A program made the position numbers and the translations under genes. Shown piece by piece: positions 21,191 through 30,881 of a DNA stretch of 64,000 nucleotides. Source of the stretch: a virus; IMG/VR virus record IMGVR_UViG_3300025097_002022, positions 16,058 through 80,057 of that record, one strand, 5' to 3'. The notes under the pieces are model-generated. The model saw only the letters and a list, made by a program, of their open reading frames with translations, did not search any database and had not been told where the DNA came from. The first letter of the stretch is position 1; every line of letters begins with the position of its first letter.

Positions 21191-21374
21191 GCAAGCAGTA
21201 TTAGACAAGGTAATGTCAAAAGCGATTTCTCGCAAATTGTTCACATTTCTAACAGCAACAGGGCTAATGCTTTGGAGTGACTTATCCTCAGATACATGGG
21301 GCATGATCGCAATGTGCTATATAGGAACGCAGGGCGCAGTAGATGTTATGAAGACTTATAGGCACGGCGCATAG
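21183..21374 (+). CDS. Small two-TM membrane protein, holin-like
   Basis: 63 aa, SRK followed by two hydrophobic segments. Confidence 0.5.
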   Translation: MSKQAVLDKVMSKAISRKLFTFLTATGLMLWSDLSSDTWGMIAMCYIGTQGAVDVMKTYRHGA

Positions 21375-21779
21375 ATGACTTGGTTGACTTTAGTGCTATA
21401 TTCTAAGAAAGCCTGGGTGTGGTGCAGACATCATTGGAAGATACTTGCCATTGCATTGTGGACTCTCGTTGTCTGGTTTGTCTCTCGCGGAAATGTAAAG
21501 GCATATAAGAGAGTGCTTGAGGCAACTATTGATAACTATAAGAAAGAAATTGAAGTTCTCGAAAATAGTCACGCCGATGAAATTGGAAAAAGAAATGAAG
21601 CCATTCAAGTTCACAATGAATCTATCGCTAAATTAGAGAGAGAATACAAGGGCTCCAAGAATGATCTGACTGTGGAGAAAAGAGCAAGGTATTTAGAGTT
21701 GTTAGAAATGCTCAACAAAGATCCCAAGTCGGCAAACGAGGCAATAGAGAAAGAGTTCGGATTCAAACATGTTGACTAA
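21375..21779 (+). CDS. Membrane-anchored coiled-coil protein (spanin-like?)
   Basis: N-terminal TM ILAIALWTLVVWFV followed by a coiled coil. Confidence 0.45.
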   Translation: MTWLTLVLYSKKAWVWCRHHWKILAIALWTLVVWFVSRGNVKAYKRVLEATIDNYKKEIEVLENSHADEIGKRNEAIQVHNESIAKLEREYKGSKNDLTVEKRARYLELLEMLNKDPKSANEAIEKEFGFKHVD

Positions 21780-22227
21780 GTTAACCGCACAGTTGCTAAC
21801 AATTAGTTTGCTCTTCCCAGCTACTATTTTTGCCCAAGAGGTGGAAGATGCAAAGAAATATACCCATCTTCAGGAAGGCGAAGTAGCCCCGTTTTCGGGG
21901 ACACTGTTCAGTCCTGCTGCAACCGCGCAACTAATAGCCGAGCATCAATACTCTATGTCCGATTGCGACTTGAGGGTTGAATACGAAGTTTCAAAAGCGA
22001 GAGCGGGACTACAGTTGGAAATCGATAGCCTGCAGATAAGCTATGATGCTCTCGATGAGCGCCATAAGTTGCTAATGGATATCAAGAACGGTGAGATAGA
22101 GACATATAGAGAAATGGCACTTAAGCAGCCGAACAAGAATAACAACTGGTGGATGACAGGTGGTATCATCATCGGAATCGGGTTGTCTCTTGGGACATTC
22201 TATGCCGTTACGGAGATCCCAAAATGA
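21769..22227 (+). CDS. Signal-peptide coiled-coil protein with C-terminal TM (spanin-like?)
   Basis: Signal peptide ending IFAQ; C-terminal WWMTGGIIIGIGLSLGTFYAV. Confidence 0.45.
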   Translation: MLTKLTAQLLTISLLFPATIFAQEVEDAKKYTHLQEGEVAPFSGTLFSPAATAQLIAEHQYSMSDCDLRVEYEVSKARAGLQLEIDSLQISYDALDERHKLLMDIKNGEIETYREMALKQPNKNNNWWMTGGIIIGIGLSLGTFYAVTEIPK

Positions 22228-22616
22228 GTGATGCAAAAGAAGATCCAGATTACGCTCTAAAAATAGAGAAGGCGATAATTGACAAGTTTGGAGCGGACGC
22301 TGTCCAGCATCCAGCGAAGAATTGGACTCCCGAAAAGGAGAAAGAATATATCGAAGAACTCAAAAAGTTAACAGAGAAAATGAACAAACTATCAGAAAAG
22401 ACTGAAAAGATAGAAGTTCGGGGCGTTTTGATATCAAAAAAACTACTTAATAAAGATAGCAATAGAGTTTGTTCGGTTTGCGATGTCTACTCTTTTAATA
22501 CGAGGGATGATGTTTATGTAAATAAATATTCTTGTTGTTACGAGTGTTACATTCAATGGGTTGATGGGCGAGAAGAGCGTTGGGCAACCGGCTGGCGCCC
22601 CAATAAAGGAAAATAA
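22224..22616 (+). CDS. Hypothetical zinc-binding protein
   Basis: CSVC...CCYEC; ATGA overlap with the upstream gene. Confidence 0.55.
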   Translation: MSDAKEDPDYALKIEKAIIDKFGADAVQHPAKNWTPEKEKEYIEELKKLTEKMNKLSEKTEKIEVRGVLISKKLLNKDSNRVCSVCDVYSFNTRDDVYVNKYSCCYECYIQWVDGREERWATGWRPNKGK

Positions 22617-22620
22617 ACAA

Positions 22621-23133
22621 ATGGCAACAGTTTTAGATATCGTAAGGGGAATTTCCCAAGCAGCGGCAAATGCAAGAGACGGAGCACATGACGAGAATCA
22701 AGTTCCAGAAGGCGAAACGAAAAAAGTCGGATTAAAAAGAGAAGAAGGGGATGCTATAATCGACTCTCGTGTGATTGACGGTTTCGGCGTAAACATTTCC
22801 GGAGACTTGCTTTGTATTAATTACCAAAGCGATATTAAGCTCAAAGATGTCTATGGCGGCGACATTGAGACAGAAGTCGAAGAGATGATAGAGAACGTTG
22901 CAGGCTTCCTAAAGAAGGAATATAAGAAATTGACAGGAGATGCCCTTTCTCTAAAAGCAGACGGCAACGTAGAGGTAATGGTTCAAAATACTTCTAAAGT
23001 CCGCGCTTTCGTTAATGGTAAAAGATACTATAAGGTTGGAAATCTTAGCGACGTAATTCCCGTCGGCGAGCCTTCTGAGGATCGTTTGGATAAATCAATT
23101 CGCGACTTCTTGTCTCTCGGAAAAAATAAGTGA
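22621..23133 (+). CDS. Hypothetical protein upstream of terminase
   Basis: AAGGA SD, ATG at 22621. Confidence 0.6.
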   Translation: MATVLDIVRGISQAAANARDGAHDENQVPEGETKKVGLKREEGDAIIDSRVIDGFGVNISGDLLCINYQSDIKLKDVYGGDIETEVEEMIENVAGFLKKEYKKLTGDALSLKADGNVEVMVQNTSKVRAFVNGKRYYKVGNLSDVIPVGEPSEDRLDKSIRDFLSLGKNK

Positions 23134-23137
23134 TTGG

Positions 23138-24727
23138 ATGTCGTTTGAACTCACTAAACAAGAAATATTAAAAGAGATTCTGAAGAGCGGAAAAGATCCA
23201 GGATACTTCATTAACAATTATGCGAGAATCGCCCATCCTCTAAAGGGCTTGATTCCGTTCAAACTATATCCGTTCCAAGAAGAACTATTAAAAGATTTCA
23301 ATGATCATCGTTTCAATGTAATTTTGAAAGCGAGGCAGCTAGGGATATCCACAACAACTGCAGCATATGTTGTGTGGATGATGATGTTTCATAGAAACAA
23401 GAATATCCTTGTCATTGCAACCAAGTTCCAGACAGCGGCAAACCTTGTTAAGAAAGTAAAACATATAATTAAGAATCTCCCGCCGTGGATGCAGATAGCC
23501 AATATCACAATTGACAACCGCGCCTCATTCGTCCTATCGAATGGTTCCGAGATCAAGGCGTCTTCAACAACCGCAGACGCTGGTCGTTCCGAAGCCCTAT
23601 CTCTGCTCGTCATCGATGAGGCAGCACATGTCGAAGGGCTTGACGAATTGTGGACGGGCTTGTATCCTACGTTGTCAACAGGTGGACGCTGTATTGCACT
23701 GAGCACTCCAAACGGTGTTGGAAACTGGTTCCATCAAATTTATTCCGACTCAGAACAGGGGCAGAATGATTTCTTTCCAACAATACTTCAGTGGGATGTT
23801 CATCCCGATAGAGACAGAGCTTGGTTTGAAAAAGAAACAAAGAACATGTCTCAACGCCAAATCGCCCAAGAACTTCAGTGTAATTTCAATATGTCCGGTG
23901 AGACATTGGTGCATCCGGAAGATTTGGAATGGATAGAATCTCAAATAAGGGAGCCGAAATATCGAGTCGGATTTGATCGTAACTTTTGGATTTGGGAAAA
24001 GGCTCAGCAAGATGCTAACTACCTTTTGAGTGCAGATGTAGCCCGAGGAGATGGAAAGGACAGTTCCACCCTCCATGTTTTAAAACTGGAAACAATGGAA
24101 ATAGTTGCAGAATATCAAGGCAAGCCAACTCTCGATGCCTATGCGGACATGCTAAACGGAATCGGAAAAGACTATAATAACGGAATGATAGTCGTAGAAA
24201 ACAACTCAGTTGGATATGCAGTATTAACAAAATTGCAAGAATTGGGGTATAATAACATATACTTTTCAGTCAAGTCAACACATGAGTATGTATCACAAAT
24301 ACAGGGTGAAAACATGTCCAACGCCATCGCTGGCTTTTCGACAACATCTAAAACTCGTCCGTTGATTATCGCAAAGTTGGAAGAATTCATTAGAAATAAA
24401 CTAATTACTATATATTCATCAAGAACTCTTAATGAGTTGAAGACCTTTATTTGGAATAACGGACGCCCCGAGGCTATGAGAAGTTACAATGATGACTTGA
24501 CAATGGCACTCGCAATCGGCTGCTGGGTAAGGGATACGGCATTTGAGGTAGGGAAGTTGGAACAGCAGTATCGAGAATCCTTTGTTAATTCAATGTTTGT
24601 CGCATCGACAAAATTGAATACTCAAATAAGAGGGCAAGAGGGGCATAGTAATAGTATGAGTTTAAAAGACGAAGAACAAAAAGCAATCCAGATAGCTCAA
24701 CAATTTGGTTGGTTATACAAGGGATAA
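23138..24727 (+). CDS. terL: Terminase large subunit (T4 gp17-like)
   Basis: LKARQLGIST Walker A, VIDEAAH Walker B, STPNG, ADVARG and DDL nuclease motifs. Confidence 0.95.
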   Translation: MSFELTKQEILKEILKSGKDPGYFINNYARIAHPLKGLIPFKLYPFQEELLKDFNDHRFNVILKARQLGISTTTAAYVVWMMMFHRNKNILVIATKFQTAANLVKKVKHIIKNLPPWMQIANITIDNRASFVLSNGSEIKASSTTADAGRSEALSLLVIDEAAHVEGLDELWTGLYPTLSTGGRCIALSTPNGVGNWFHQIYSDSEQGQNDFFPTILQWDVHPDRDRAWFEKETKNMSQRQIAQELQCNFNMSGETLVHPEDLEWIESQIREPKYRVGFDRNFWIWEKAQQDANYLLSADVARGDGKDSSTLHVLKLETMEIVAEYQGKPTLDAYADMLNGIGKDYNNGMIVVENNSVGYAVLTKLQELGYNNIYFSVKSTHEYVSQIQGENMSNAIAGFSTTSKTRPLIIAKLEEFIRNKLITIYSSRTLNELKTFIWNNGRPEAMRSYNDDLTMALAIGCWVRDTAFEVGKLEQQYRESFVNSMFVASTKLNTQIRGQEGHSNSMSLKDEEQKAIQIAQQFGWLYKG

Positions 24728-24730
24728 AAC

Positions 24731-26644
24731 ATGGCAAAAAAGAACAATCCAAAAAATAATGATTCCGCTCTCTTCAGGCAGTTAACTCGCCTGTTATCCG
24801 GACCACTTGTCAACTATAGAACGCAGACGAGCAGAAAGCTCTCCCGTGTTCAGTTGGACAAATTTAAGTTTCAGTCTGCATCTGGATTAAATTTCAAGAA
24901 GGCAAATTACAATCCATTCGAGCAACTCAGCACCGCTATTATGGCGAACCAAATGCGTGCCGAGCGCTACCAAGACTTCGAACAAATGGAGTACACTCCC
25001 GAGATTGCCTCCGCTCTTGACATTTATGCAGACGAGATGACAACCTCATCAGACTTGCAACCCCTTCTGTCAATCAAGTGTCCAAATGAGGAGATCAAGT
25101 CAGTTCTTGCTGAACTCTATCAAACTGTTTTAAATATCGAGTTCAACTTGTTCGGCTGGTGCCGCACGATGTGTAAGTATGGAGATTTCTTTCTCTATCT
25201 TGATATCGACGAAAGACTCGGAGTGCAATCCGTTGTTGGACTTCCAACTCACGAGATTGAGCGACTTGAAGGTGAAGACAAGACAAATCCAAAATATATT
25301 CAGTTTCAATGGAACTCTGGCGGACTTACATTTGAAAACTGGCAAATCGGACATTTCCGAATTCTCGGGAACGACAAATACGCTCCCTATGGGACATCTG
25401 TCCTCGAACCCGCCCGTCGTATCTTCCGCCAACTTATCCTACTCGAAGACGCTATGATGGCGTATCGTATTGTTAGGGCACCAGAACGCCGCGTATTCTA
25501 CATTGATGTCGGAAATGTATCCCCATCAGATGTAGAGCAGTACATGCAGAAAGTAATGACGCAGATGAAGCGCAACCAAGTTGTCGATTCATCTACCGGA
25601 AGAGTTGATCTACGATATAATCCAATGTCAACCGAGGAGGACTATTTCATTCCCGTCCGAGGTGGAGTGTCATCTAAAATTGATACCTTGGCTGGAGGTT
25701 CTTATACTGGAGACATCGACGATGTCAAGTACTTGAGAGACAAGCTGTTCTCAGCACTTAAGGTTCCCGCCTCCTATCTCTCTCGCTCAGAGGGCGCAGA
25801 AGAAGACAAAACAACTCTTGCTCAGAAAGACATTCGATTCGCCAGAACGATTCAAAGACTTCAAAGATCAGTTCTCGCCGAGTTGGAGAAGATTGGTATT
25901 ATTCACTTATACACTCTCGGATACAAAGGAGCAGATTTAATTAGCTTTAAGCTATCCCTGAACAATCCATCTAAAATCGCGGAACTCCAAGAGTTGGAGC
26001 ACTGGAACACCAAGTTCGACATCGCCGCGTCGGCAACAGATGGATTCTTCTCCCGTCGCTGGGTTGCCGACAACATCTTTAACCTATCAGAAGAAGAATT
26101 CCTACGCAACCAAAGAGAGATGTTCTACGACAGAAAGCTTGACGCCGAACTCGAAGCAGTCGCTGCCGCAACCGAAGCAGAAGGCGGCGGAGGTGCCGAC
26201 TTAGGCGGAGACTTGGGCGCCGATTTGGGCGGAGACTTAGGCGGAGACTTAGGTGGGGAAGAGGATTTTGAAGACACAAATATTGCAGATGATGTAACTG
26301 CCGGAGATGAAGATCCACTCCTCGCCGCACCTGGAAAGAGAGATGACCGCCGAACGGGACAAAGTGGTCCAAGAAAACGACGCACTCGAAGTAAAGCACG
26401 AGGCGTAGAAGTAAATACTCCTCGAAAGAATAACCCAGGAGGAGTGGGATACGAAACTTTACACCACCTATCTTCTGCCAGTGGAGAGTTTAGGAACGCT
26501 GGACTTTTTCAAGAAGAGGTTGATTTGGTTGATAAAGTTGAAGAAAGAAAGTTATTCGAGGTGAAACAGGAGATTAAGAAACTAATTACAGAGCTAGATA
26601 ATAGCAAGTTAGGTGGAACAGATGAAAAGAAACAAGCACAATAA
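24731..26644 (+). CDS. Portal protein (T4 gp20-like)
   Basis: YRIVRAPERRVFYIDVGN, EDYFIPVRG, DVKYLRDKLFSALKVP; acidic Gly-rich C-terminal extension. Confidence 0.95.
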   Translation: MAKKNNPKNNDSALFRQLTRLLSGPLVNYRTQTSRKLSRVQLDKFKFQSASGLNFKKANYNPFEQLSTAIMANQMRAERYQDFEQMEYTPEIASALDIYADEMTTSSDLQPLLSIKCPNEEIKSVLAELYQTVLNIEFNLFGWCRTMCKYGDFFLYLDIDERLGVQSVVGLPTHEIERLEGEDKTNPKYIQFQWNSGGLTFENWQIGHFRILGNDKYAPYGTSVLEPARRIFRQLILLEDAMMAYRIVRAPERRVFYIDVGNVSPSDVEQYMQKVMTQMKRNQVVDSSTGRVDLRYNPMSTEEDYFIPVRGGVSSKIDTLAGGSYTGDIDDVKYLRDKLFSALKVPASYLSRSEGAEEDKTTLAQKDIRFARTIQRLQRSVLAELEKIGIIHLYTLGYKGADLISFKLSLNNPSKIAELQELEHWNTKFDIAASATDGFFSRRWVADNIFNLSEEEFLRNQREMFYDRKLDAELEAVAAATEAEGGGGADLGGDLGADLGGDLGGDLGGEEDFEDTNIADDVTAGDEDPLLAAPGKRDDRRTGQSGPRKRRTRSKARGVEVNTPRKNNPGGVGYETLHHLSSASGEFRNAGLFQEEVDLVDKVEERKLFEVKQEIKKLITELDNSKLGGTDEKKQAQ

Positions 26645-27458
26645 GAAAAGAAACACTGCCTTTTTATATGAGGCGCTCGTCAGAGAGATAACTAAAGCGG
26701 TTGTTTCCGGAGACAAATCCGCAAAAAAGACTGCAGTGATGATATTGAAAGAATCATTTTCTCCTCGAACAATTTTGTCAAAAGAGTTGGAGTTATTCAA
26801 TGCGCTTCTCGAAACAAATGATTTAGACACCCTGACGGCGGAAAAGTTAACATTTCAAGTCCGACAAGCCCACTCTGCAATGAATTCCGACGAGATTCAT
26901 GAAGCACAGAGTCATTTAATAAATCGAATCAATCGAGAACTTTCATCTGGAGTTTTTGGAAACTTTGTTCCAAATTACAAGAACATCGCAACTGTCGCAC
27001 AGCTATTTGGATCAGACTCGGATGTCACGAGTGTTAAATCCGCCGTCCTTCTTGAACAGGAGATTGTTTCATCTCTGACTTTGAAATCTGCAGTCAAAGA
27101 AGAGAAGACGATGAAACCAATCGATAACTTAGTGTTCAACACTTTTGTATCTAAATATAACGAAACATACTCCAGCGGAATTTTAAGCGAACAGAAAGAA
27201 TTGCTTAATAGATATATTTTATCATTTTCCGATAACGGAGTGGATGTAAGTATTTATCTTAATGAAGAGTTGGGAAGACTTCACGATGTTTTGAGAGCTT
27301 CTCTTGAGTCAGAAGAAATTGTGTCCGACAAGAGTATGGTGGAATCAACAAGAGAGGTTTTGCTAATGATTAATGGATTCAGAGAGACGCCAGTTGACAA
27401 GGCACTAATTGAGAAGGTTTTAAAGATTCAAAACTTAGCTCACGAGATTCAGATGTAA
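26622..27458 (+). CDS. Head-cluster hypothetical protein
   Basis: KHNKKRNTAFLYEAL N-terminus; late motif at 26580. Confidence 0.65.
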   Translation: MKRNKHNKKRNTAFLYEALVREITKAVVSGDKSAKKTAVMILKESFSPRTILSKELELFNALLETNDLDTLTAEKLTFQVRQAHSAMNSDEIHEAQSHLINRINRELSSGVFGNFVPNYKNIATVAQLFGSDSDVTSVKSAVLLEQEIVSSLTLKSAVKEEKTMKPIDNLVFNTFVSKYNETYSSGILSEQKELLNRYILSFSDNGVDVSIYLNEELGRLHDVLRASLESEEIVSDKSMVESTREVLLMINGFRETPVDKALIEKVLKIQNLAHEIQM

Positions 27459-27997
27459 TGAGTATCAAAGTAACTATCCCACATGTCAAGAACAAACTCG
27501 GAATAAAAGAAGATATAAGTCTTGATGTTCGCAAGACACTTGGAAATCAGTTGGTTGTATTTGATCACCCTGATGTTGATATCGTGATATATCCCGAGAG
27601 CAAAAAGATTCTTGCCCTCGCAAAGCATATTACGAATGAAGAAGTTTACGACACTCAGGATAGGTTGTTTCTTCTCCTAAGAACCGAAGGGCTTATTGAA
27701 CCAGAGAGCGTCCGTTCAGGGTATGTTTATGGCTCCATGGAGGCTCAAATGTTTCTGAACGAAGAAATTGACATGGTTCAGGCAGCGCTTTATAGTATCA
27801 ACAAGTTCATTATCGAAGAGAAGCCATACTTCGAACACATCGAAGAGTTTGAGAGAGCAGTGAACGACTATCTAACAGAACCAGAAAGCAGCGACTCAAC
27901 CGAACTAGGCGAAGTCCCTCAAGAGCCAGTCAAGGGTTCCATCCGTCCAGGCTGGATACGAGGTCCATACGGCATGAGTATAATGAATCGGAACTAA
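27458..27997 (+). CDS. Hypothetical protein
   Basis: 179-aa ORF, TAATG coupling. Confidence 0.6.
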   Translation: MSIKVTIPHVKNKLGIKEDISLDVRKTLGNQLVVFDHPDVDIVIYPESKKILALAKHITNEEVYDTQDRLFLLLRTEGLIEPESVRSGYVYGSMEAQMFLNEEIDMVQAALYSINKFIIEEKPYFEHIEEFERAVNDYLTEPESSDSTELGEVPQEPVKGSIRPGWIRGPYGMSIMNRN

Positions 27998-27998
27998 T

Positions 27999-28298
27999 GT
28001 GGAACTCATCTACTTCGTTCTTGCCTCATTTGGCTTAACACAGATTCTTGCCTACGGCACAATATTTGACTCCATCCGTCCGACAAAGGGAAAGATAGGA
28101 GAACTATTCCAATGTTCAATGTGTTTAGGCACTTGGGTGGGAGCGTTTTTGTTCGGCATAAATGCTTTCACAGAACTATTTACATTTGACTATAATATCG
28201 CCAACCTGTTGATATTGAGTTCATTATCGTCTGGGACATCTTATGTTCTGGATAAAATGATTTCAGACGACGGAATACAAATAGGGAAGAACAAATGA
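27999..28298 (+). CDS. Small membrane protein with CxxC (DUF1360-like)
   Basis: Three hydrophobic segments; LFQCSMCLGTW. Confidence 0.55.
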   Translation: MELIYFVLASFGLTQILAYGTIFDSIRPTKGKIGELFQCSMCLGTWVGAFLFGINAFTELFTFDYNIANLLILSSLSSGTSYVLDKMISDDGIQIGKNK

Positions 28299-28357
28299 AT
28301 AATTGGACAGATAGATGGATGTTGCAACCAGTAAGGCGATGCTGCAAAGGCAGTTGA
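28295..28357 (+). CDS. 20-aa micro-ORF MNNWTDRWMLQPVRRCCKGS
   Basis: ATGA overlap with the upstream stop, purine-rich AGGGAAG upstream; below the track length cutoff. Confidence 0.4.
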   Translation: MNNWTDRWMLQPVRRCCKGS

Positions 28358-28390
28358 CTCACGCTGGTAACGCCAGCATAGGAAAATAAA

Positions 28391-28996
28391 ATGAGTGATA
28401 AACTACTAATAACCGAATACTACTCGCTTTGCGAAGGTGGAGTCTGTCAAGACTACCTAACTGAAAACGAGAAACGCATGGTTCGTGAGGACGGAGCAAT
28501 GTTTTTGACAGGTGTGATGCAAAGAGCAAACACCAAAAACGGAAACGGCAGACGCTACCCTTACAGCATCCTTGAACGAGAGATGAACAACTATCAGAAA
28601 CTCATTAAAGAGCGCAGAGCATTAGGCGAACTCGATCACCCCGACCAAGCAGTCATTAACCTCGCCAACGCATCACACTTAGTCGTAGAGGCTTGGTGGG
28701 AAGGTAACGATGTTATGGGCAAAATCCAAATTCTGAAAACGCCATCAGGAATGATACTCCGCTCATTGGTTGAGTCTGGCGTAACTCTCGGCATATCATC
28801 GAGAGGAATGGGTTCAGTAACAGAAACCGCCGATGGCACCATCGTTGAAGACGACTTCAACCTTGTATGCTACGACATGGTTTCCGAACCATCTACAACA
28901 GGAGCGTTTATGATGAAAGAGGGCAAGGAGCCCAACATCATAACCAAAGCAGATAGAATAAACCGAGCGTTGAATGACGTATTGAGGGATAAGTGA
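28391..28996 (+). CDS. Prohead core protease (T4 gp21-like)
   Basis: NGNGRRYP, ALGELDHP, GISSRGMGS, DMVSEPST. Confidence 0.92.
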   Translation: MSDKLLITEYYSLCEGGVCQDYLTENEKRMVREDGAMFLTGVMQRANTKNGNGRRYPYSILEREMNNYQKLIKERRALGELDHPDQAVINLANASHLVVEAWWEGNDVMGKIQILKTPSGMILRSLVESGVTLGISSRGMGSVTETADGTIVEDDFNLVCYDMVSEPSTTGAFMMKEGKEPNIITKADRINRALNDVLRDK

Positions 28997-29439
28997 AGAA
29001 ATCAGAACTAAAAACAGTCTTACGTCCATTGATAAAAGAGTGCGTAAAAGAAGTAATATTTGAAGATGGCGTCCTGTCCGGAATAATTTCAGAAGTGGTT
29101 CAAGGCTTGGGTAGTAAGTCACTTATAGAATCAAAACAATCTGCTTCCCCCACGACACAGACATCACAACGAAATGATGCAGAAGAAGCACGACAACAAC
29201 AGCTTGCCAAAATCAAAGCAATGGAAAAAGCGAAAGAAACTCGAAAGAAGATGCTCGATGCCATAGGCAAAGACGCCTTCGGCGGAGTTGATTTGTTCGA
29301 GGGCACCACTCCCGCCAAAGCATCAGTTGAGTCAAAGCAGGGAGACCCTCTTTCAGGAGTTTCTCCAAGTGACGCCGGCGTTGATATAAGTAATTTATTC
29401 GGAGGTGTTAATAAAACTTGGCATCGCCACAACAAATAA
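28993..29439 (+). CDS. Head-cluster hypothetical protein
   Basis: MKKSELKTVLRPLIKECVKEVIFE; GTGA/TAAG overlap with the protease gene. Confidence 0.6.
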   Translation: MKKSELKTVLRPLIKECVKEVIFEDGVLSGIISEVVQGLGSKSLIESKQSASPTTQTSQRNDAEEARQQQLAKIKAMEKAKETRKKMLDAIGKDAFGGVDLFEGTTPAKASVESKQGDPLSGVSPSDAGVDISNLFGGVNKTWHRHNK

Positions 29440-29448
29440 GAGAAGACA

Positions 29449-29673
29449 ATGAGTAAAATATCCAACCTTACAGTGAAGCCTTTGAAAAAAGGAAACGATA
29501 CTGAAGAAAAAATGATAAAGAGATTTATTCGTAAGGCAAAAAAGAGAGAGATAGTTAAGCAGGTCCGAGAGAGAAGGCATTTTAGAAAACCTTCTGAGAT
29601 TCGAAATGAAAGAAATATTCGAATTAAGAGAGAGTTGGCAAAAAATAAGAAGATAAGAGATAGTAATAACTAA
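29449..29673 (+). CDS. rpsU: Phage-encoded ribosomal protein bS21
   Basis: 74 aa, very basic; EKMIKRFIRKAKKREIVKQVRERRHFRKPSEIR fits the bS21 pattern (E.alrRFKr......i..e.r.R..yeKPs). Confidence 0.8.
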   Translation: MSKISNLTVKPLKKGNDTEEKMIKRFIRKAKKREIVKQVRERRHFRKPSEIRNERNIRIKRELAKNKKIRDSNN

Positions 29674-29703
29674 TTATAAAGAAATATTGGAGTTTAATAT
29701 ATT

Positions 29704-30123
29704 ATGGGATCTGGACCTTTCAACACATACCGAGTCGGATTAAGCAATGTCGGCTCATATCAAGTATCGGGTATGCCGTGGATTACTGGCTCGTCAGCAC
29801 TTGCCGCCGGGCAAGAAGTCAGCTACAGTTTTCCCATGGTTACAAAATCAATTACTGTAATTAACGGAAGCGGCGAAGATATCCGCGTACACTTTAATTC
29901 AACTGGTTCAGGAGATGTAGTCTCTGGTTTACATTATGTTCTTTTTGATTCAAAAGAGGATTCCTATACCTTCAATGTAAAAGCTAAAGAAATTTATGTA
30001 TCAGCACCAGCGACAAATGCTGGAAATGCAAGCTTCACTGTTGTGGCTGAGTTGACGCAAATTGGAGTTTCAAGCATGTATGCTTTGACTGGCTCTGGTT
30101 TAACGACTCTTGACGGGAGTTAA
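29704..30123 (+). CDS. Small virion/decoration protein
   Basis: GLSNVGSYQVSGMPWITGS; late motif at 29668 and GGAG SD. Confidence 0.55.
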   Translation: MGSGPFNTYRVGLSNVGSYQVSGMPWITGSSALAAGQEVSYSFPMVTKSITVINGSGEDIRVHFNSTGSGDVVSGLHYVLFDSKEDSYTFNVKAKEIYVSAPATNAGNASFTVVAELTQIGVSSMYALTGSGLTTLDGS

Positions 30124-30125
30124 TA

Positions 30126-30881
30126 ATGGGATACGCCGGAAGCAATTATGAACCAGGCATGTCGCCCGAGAGTGGCTCCATCGCAGGACCAGGAAGTTAT
30201 GTCGGATTAAATACTGATGGAGAGTTCGTGTTGACTTCTTCCGCCGGAGGTGGAGGTGGAGGGTCAGCAGCAGGTGCAGATACTCAAATCCAATTCAACG
30301 ATGGAGGATCAGCTTTTGGCGCGTCAGGCGGGTTAACTTGGGACGATACTAATTTATTTGCAACTAAGGCGATATTGGGAGTCACAGCAGCGACACTGAC
30401 TCTTCACAAAGGTGAGTTGTCAAAGTTGATGGCAATTGATTCTGGATCAAGTAAATACACAACCCAGTATGACTCTATTCTCGGACTCCAAGGGGATGTC
30501 ATCTCCATTGGAGGAACTACAGTTGTTCAAGGAGGCTTATATTATCTCGCTTCAAATGGCGGCTGGGCACCTGCCAAGGGAGACGATGACGCAACCGGCG
30601 GAAATCAACTCCTCAGTATCGCCCTTGGGACGAATTCTACAACTCATGGAATGTTTTCAAAAGGAGTTGTCAGAATTACGGGCTCAGCAGTAGATGATGC
30701 AATGACAATTGGCGCCCCAGTATATTTATCCACTGGCTCAGCAGGAAAGCTTCAATTCACCACCCCCTCTACAACAGGAGACATAGTTCGTCAAGTTGGA
30801 TATTGTCTTGATATTAACGGATCTGATGTGGATATGTTGATTTTATTTGAACCGTCAGATACATTCATTGAAATAGCGTAA
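30126..30881 (+). CDS. Fibre/decoration-like virion protein
   Basis: GADTQIQFNDGG motif, Gly-rich, C-terminal GAPVYLS...P...GDIVRQVG domain. Confidence 0.55.
   Translation: MGYAGSNYEPGMSPESGSIAGPGSYVGLNTDGEFVLTSSAGGGGGGSAAGADTQIQFNDGGSAFGASGGLTWDDTNLFATKAILGVTAATLTLHKGELSKLMAIDSGSSKYTTQYDSILGLQGDVISIGGTTVVQGGLYYLASNGGWAPAKGDDDATGGNQLLSIALGTNSTTHGMFSKGVVRITGSAVDDAMTIGAPVYLSTGSAGKLQFTTPSTTGDIVRQVGYCLDINGSDVDMLILFEPSDTFIEIA

Noticed and set aside
23138-24727. Intein or intron in terminase (also checked RecA, PolA, MCP)
   Set aside because: Lengths are normal or short, with no intein or homing-endonuclease motifs seen.
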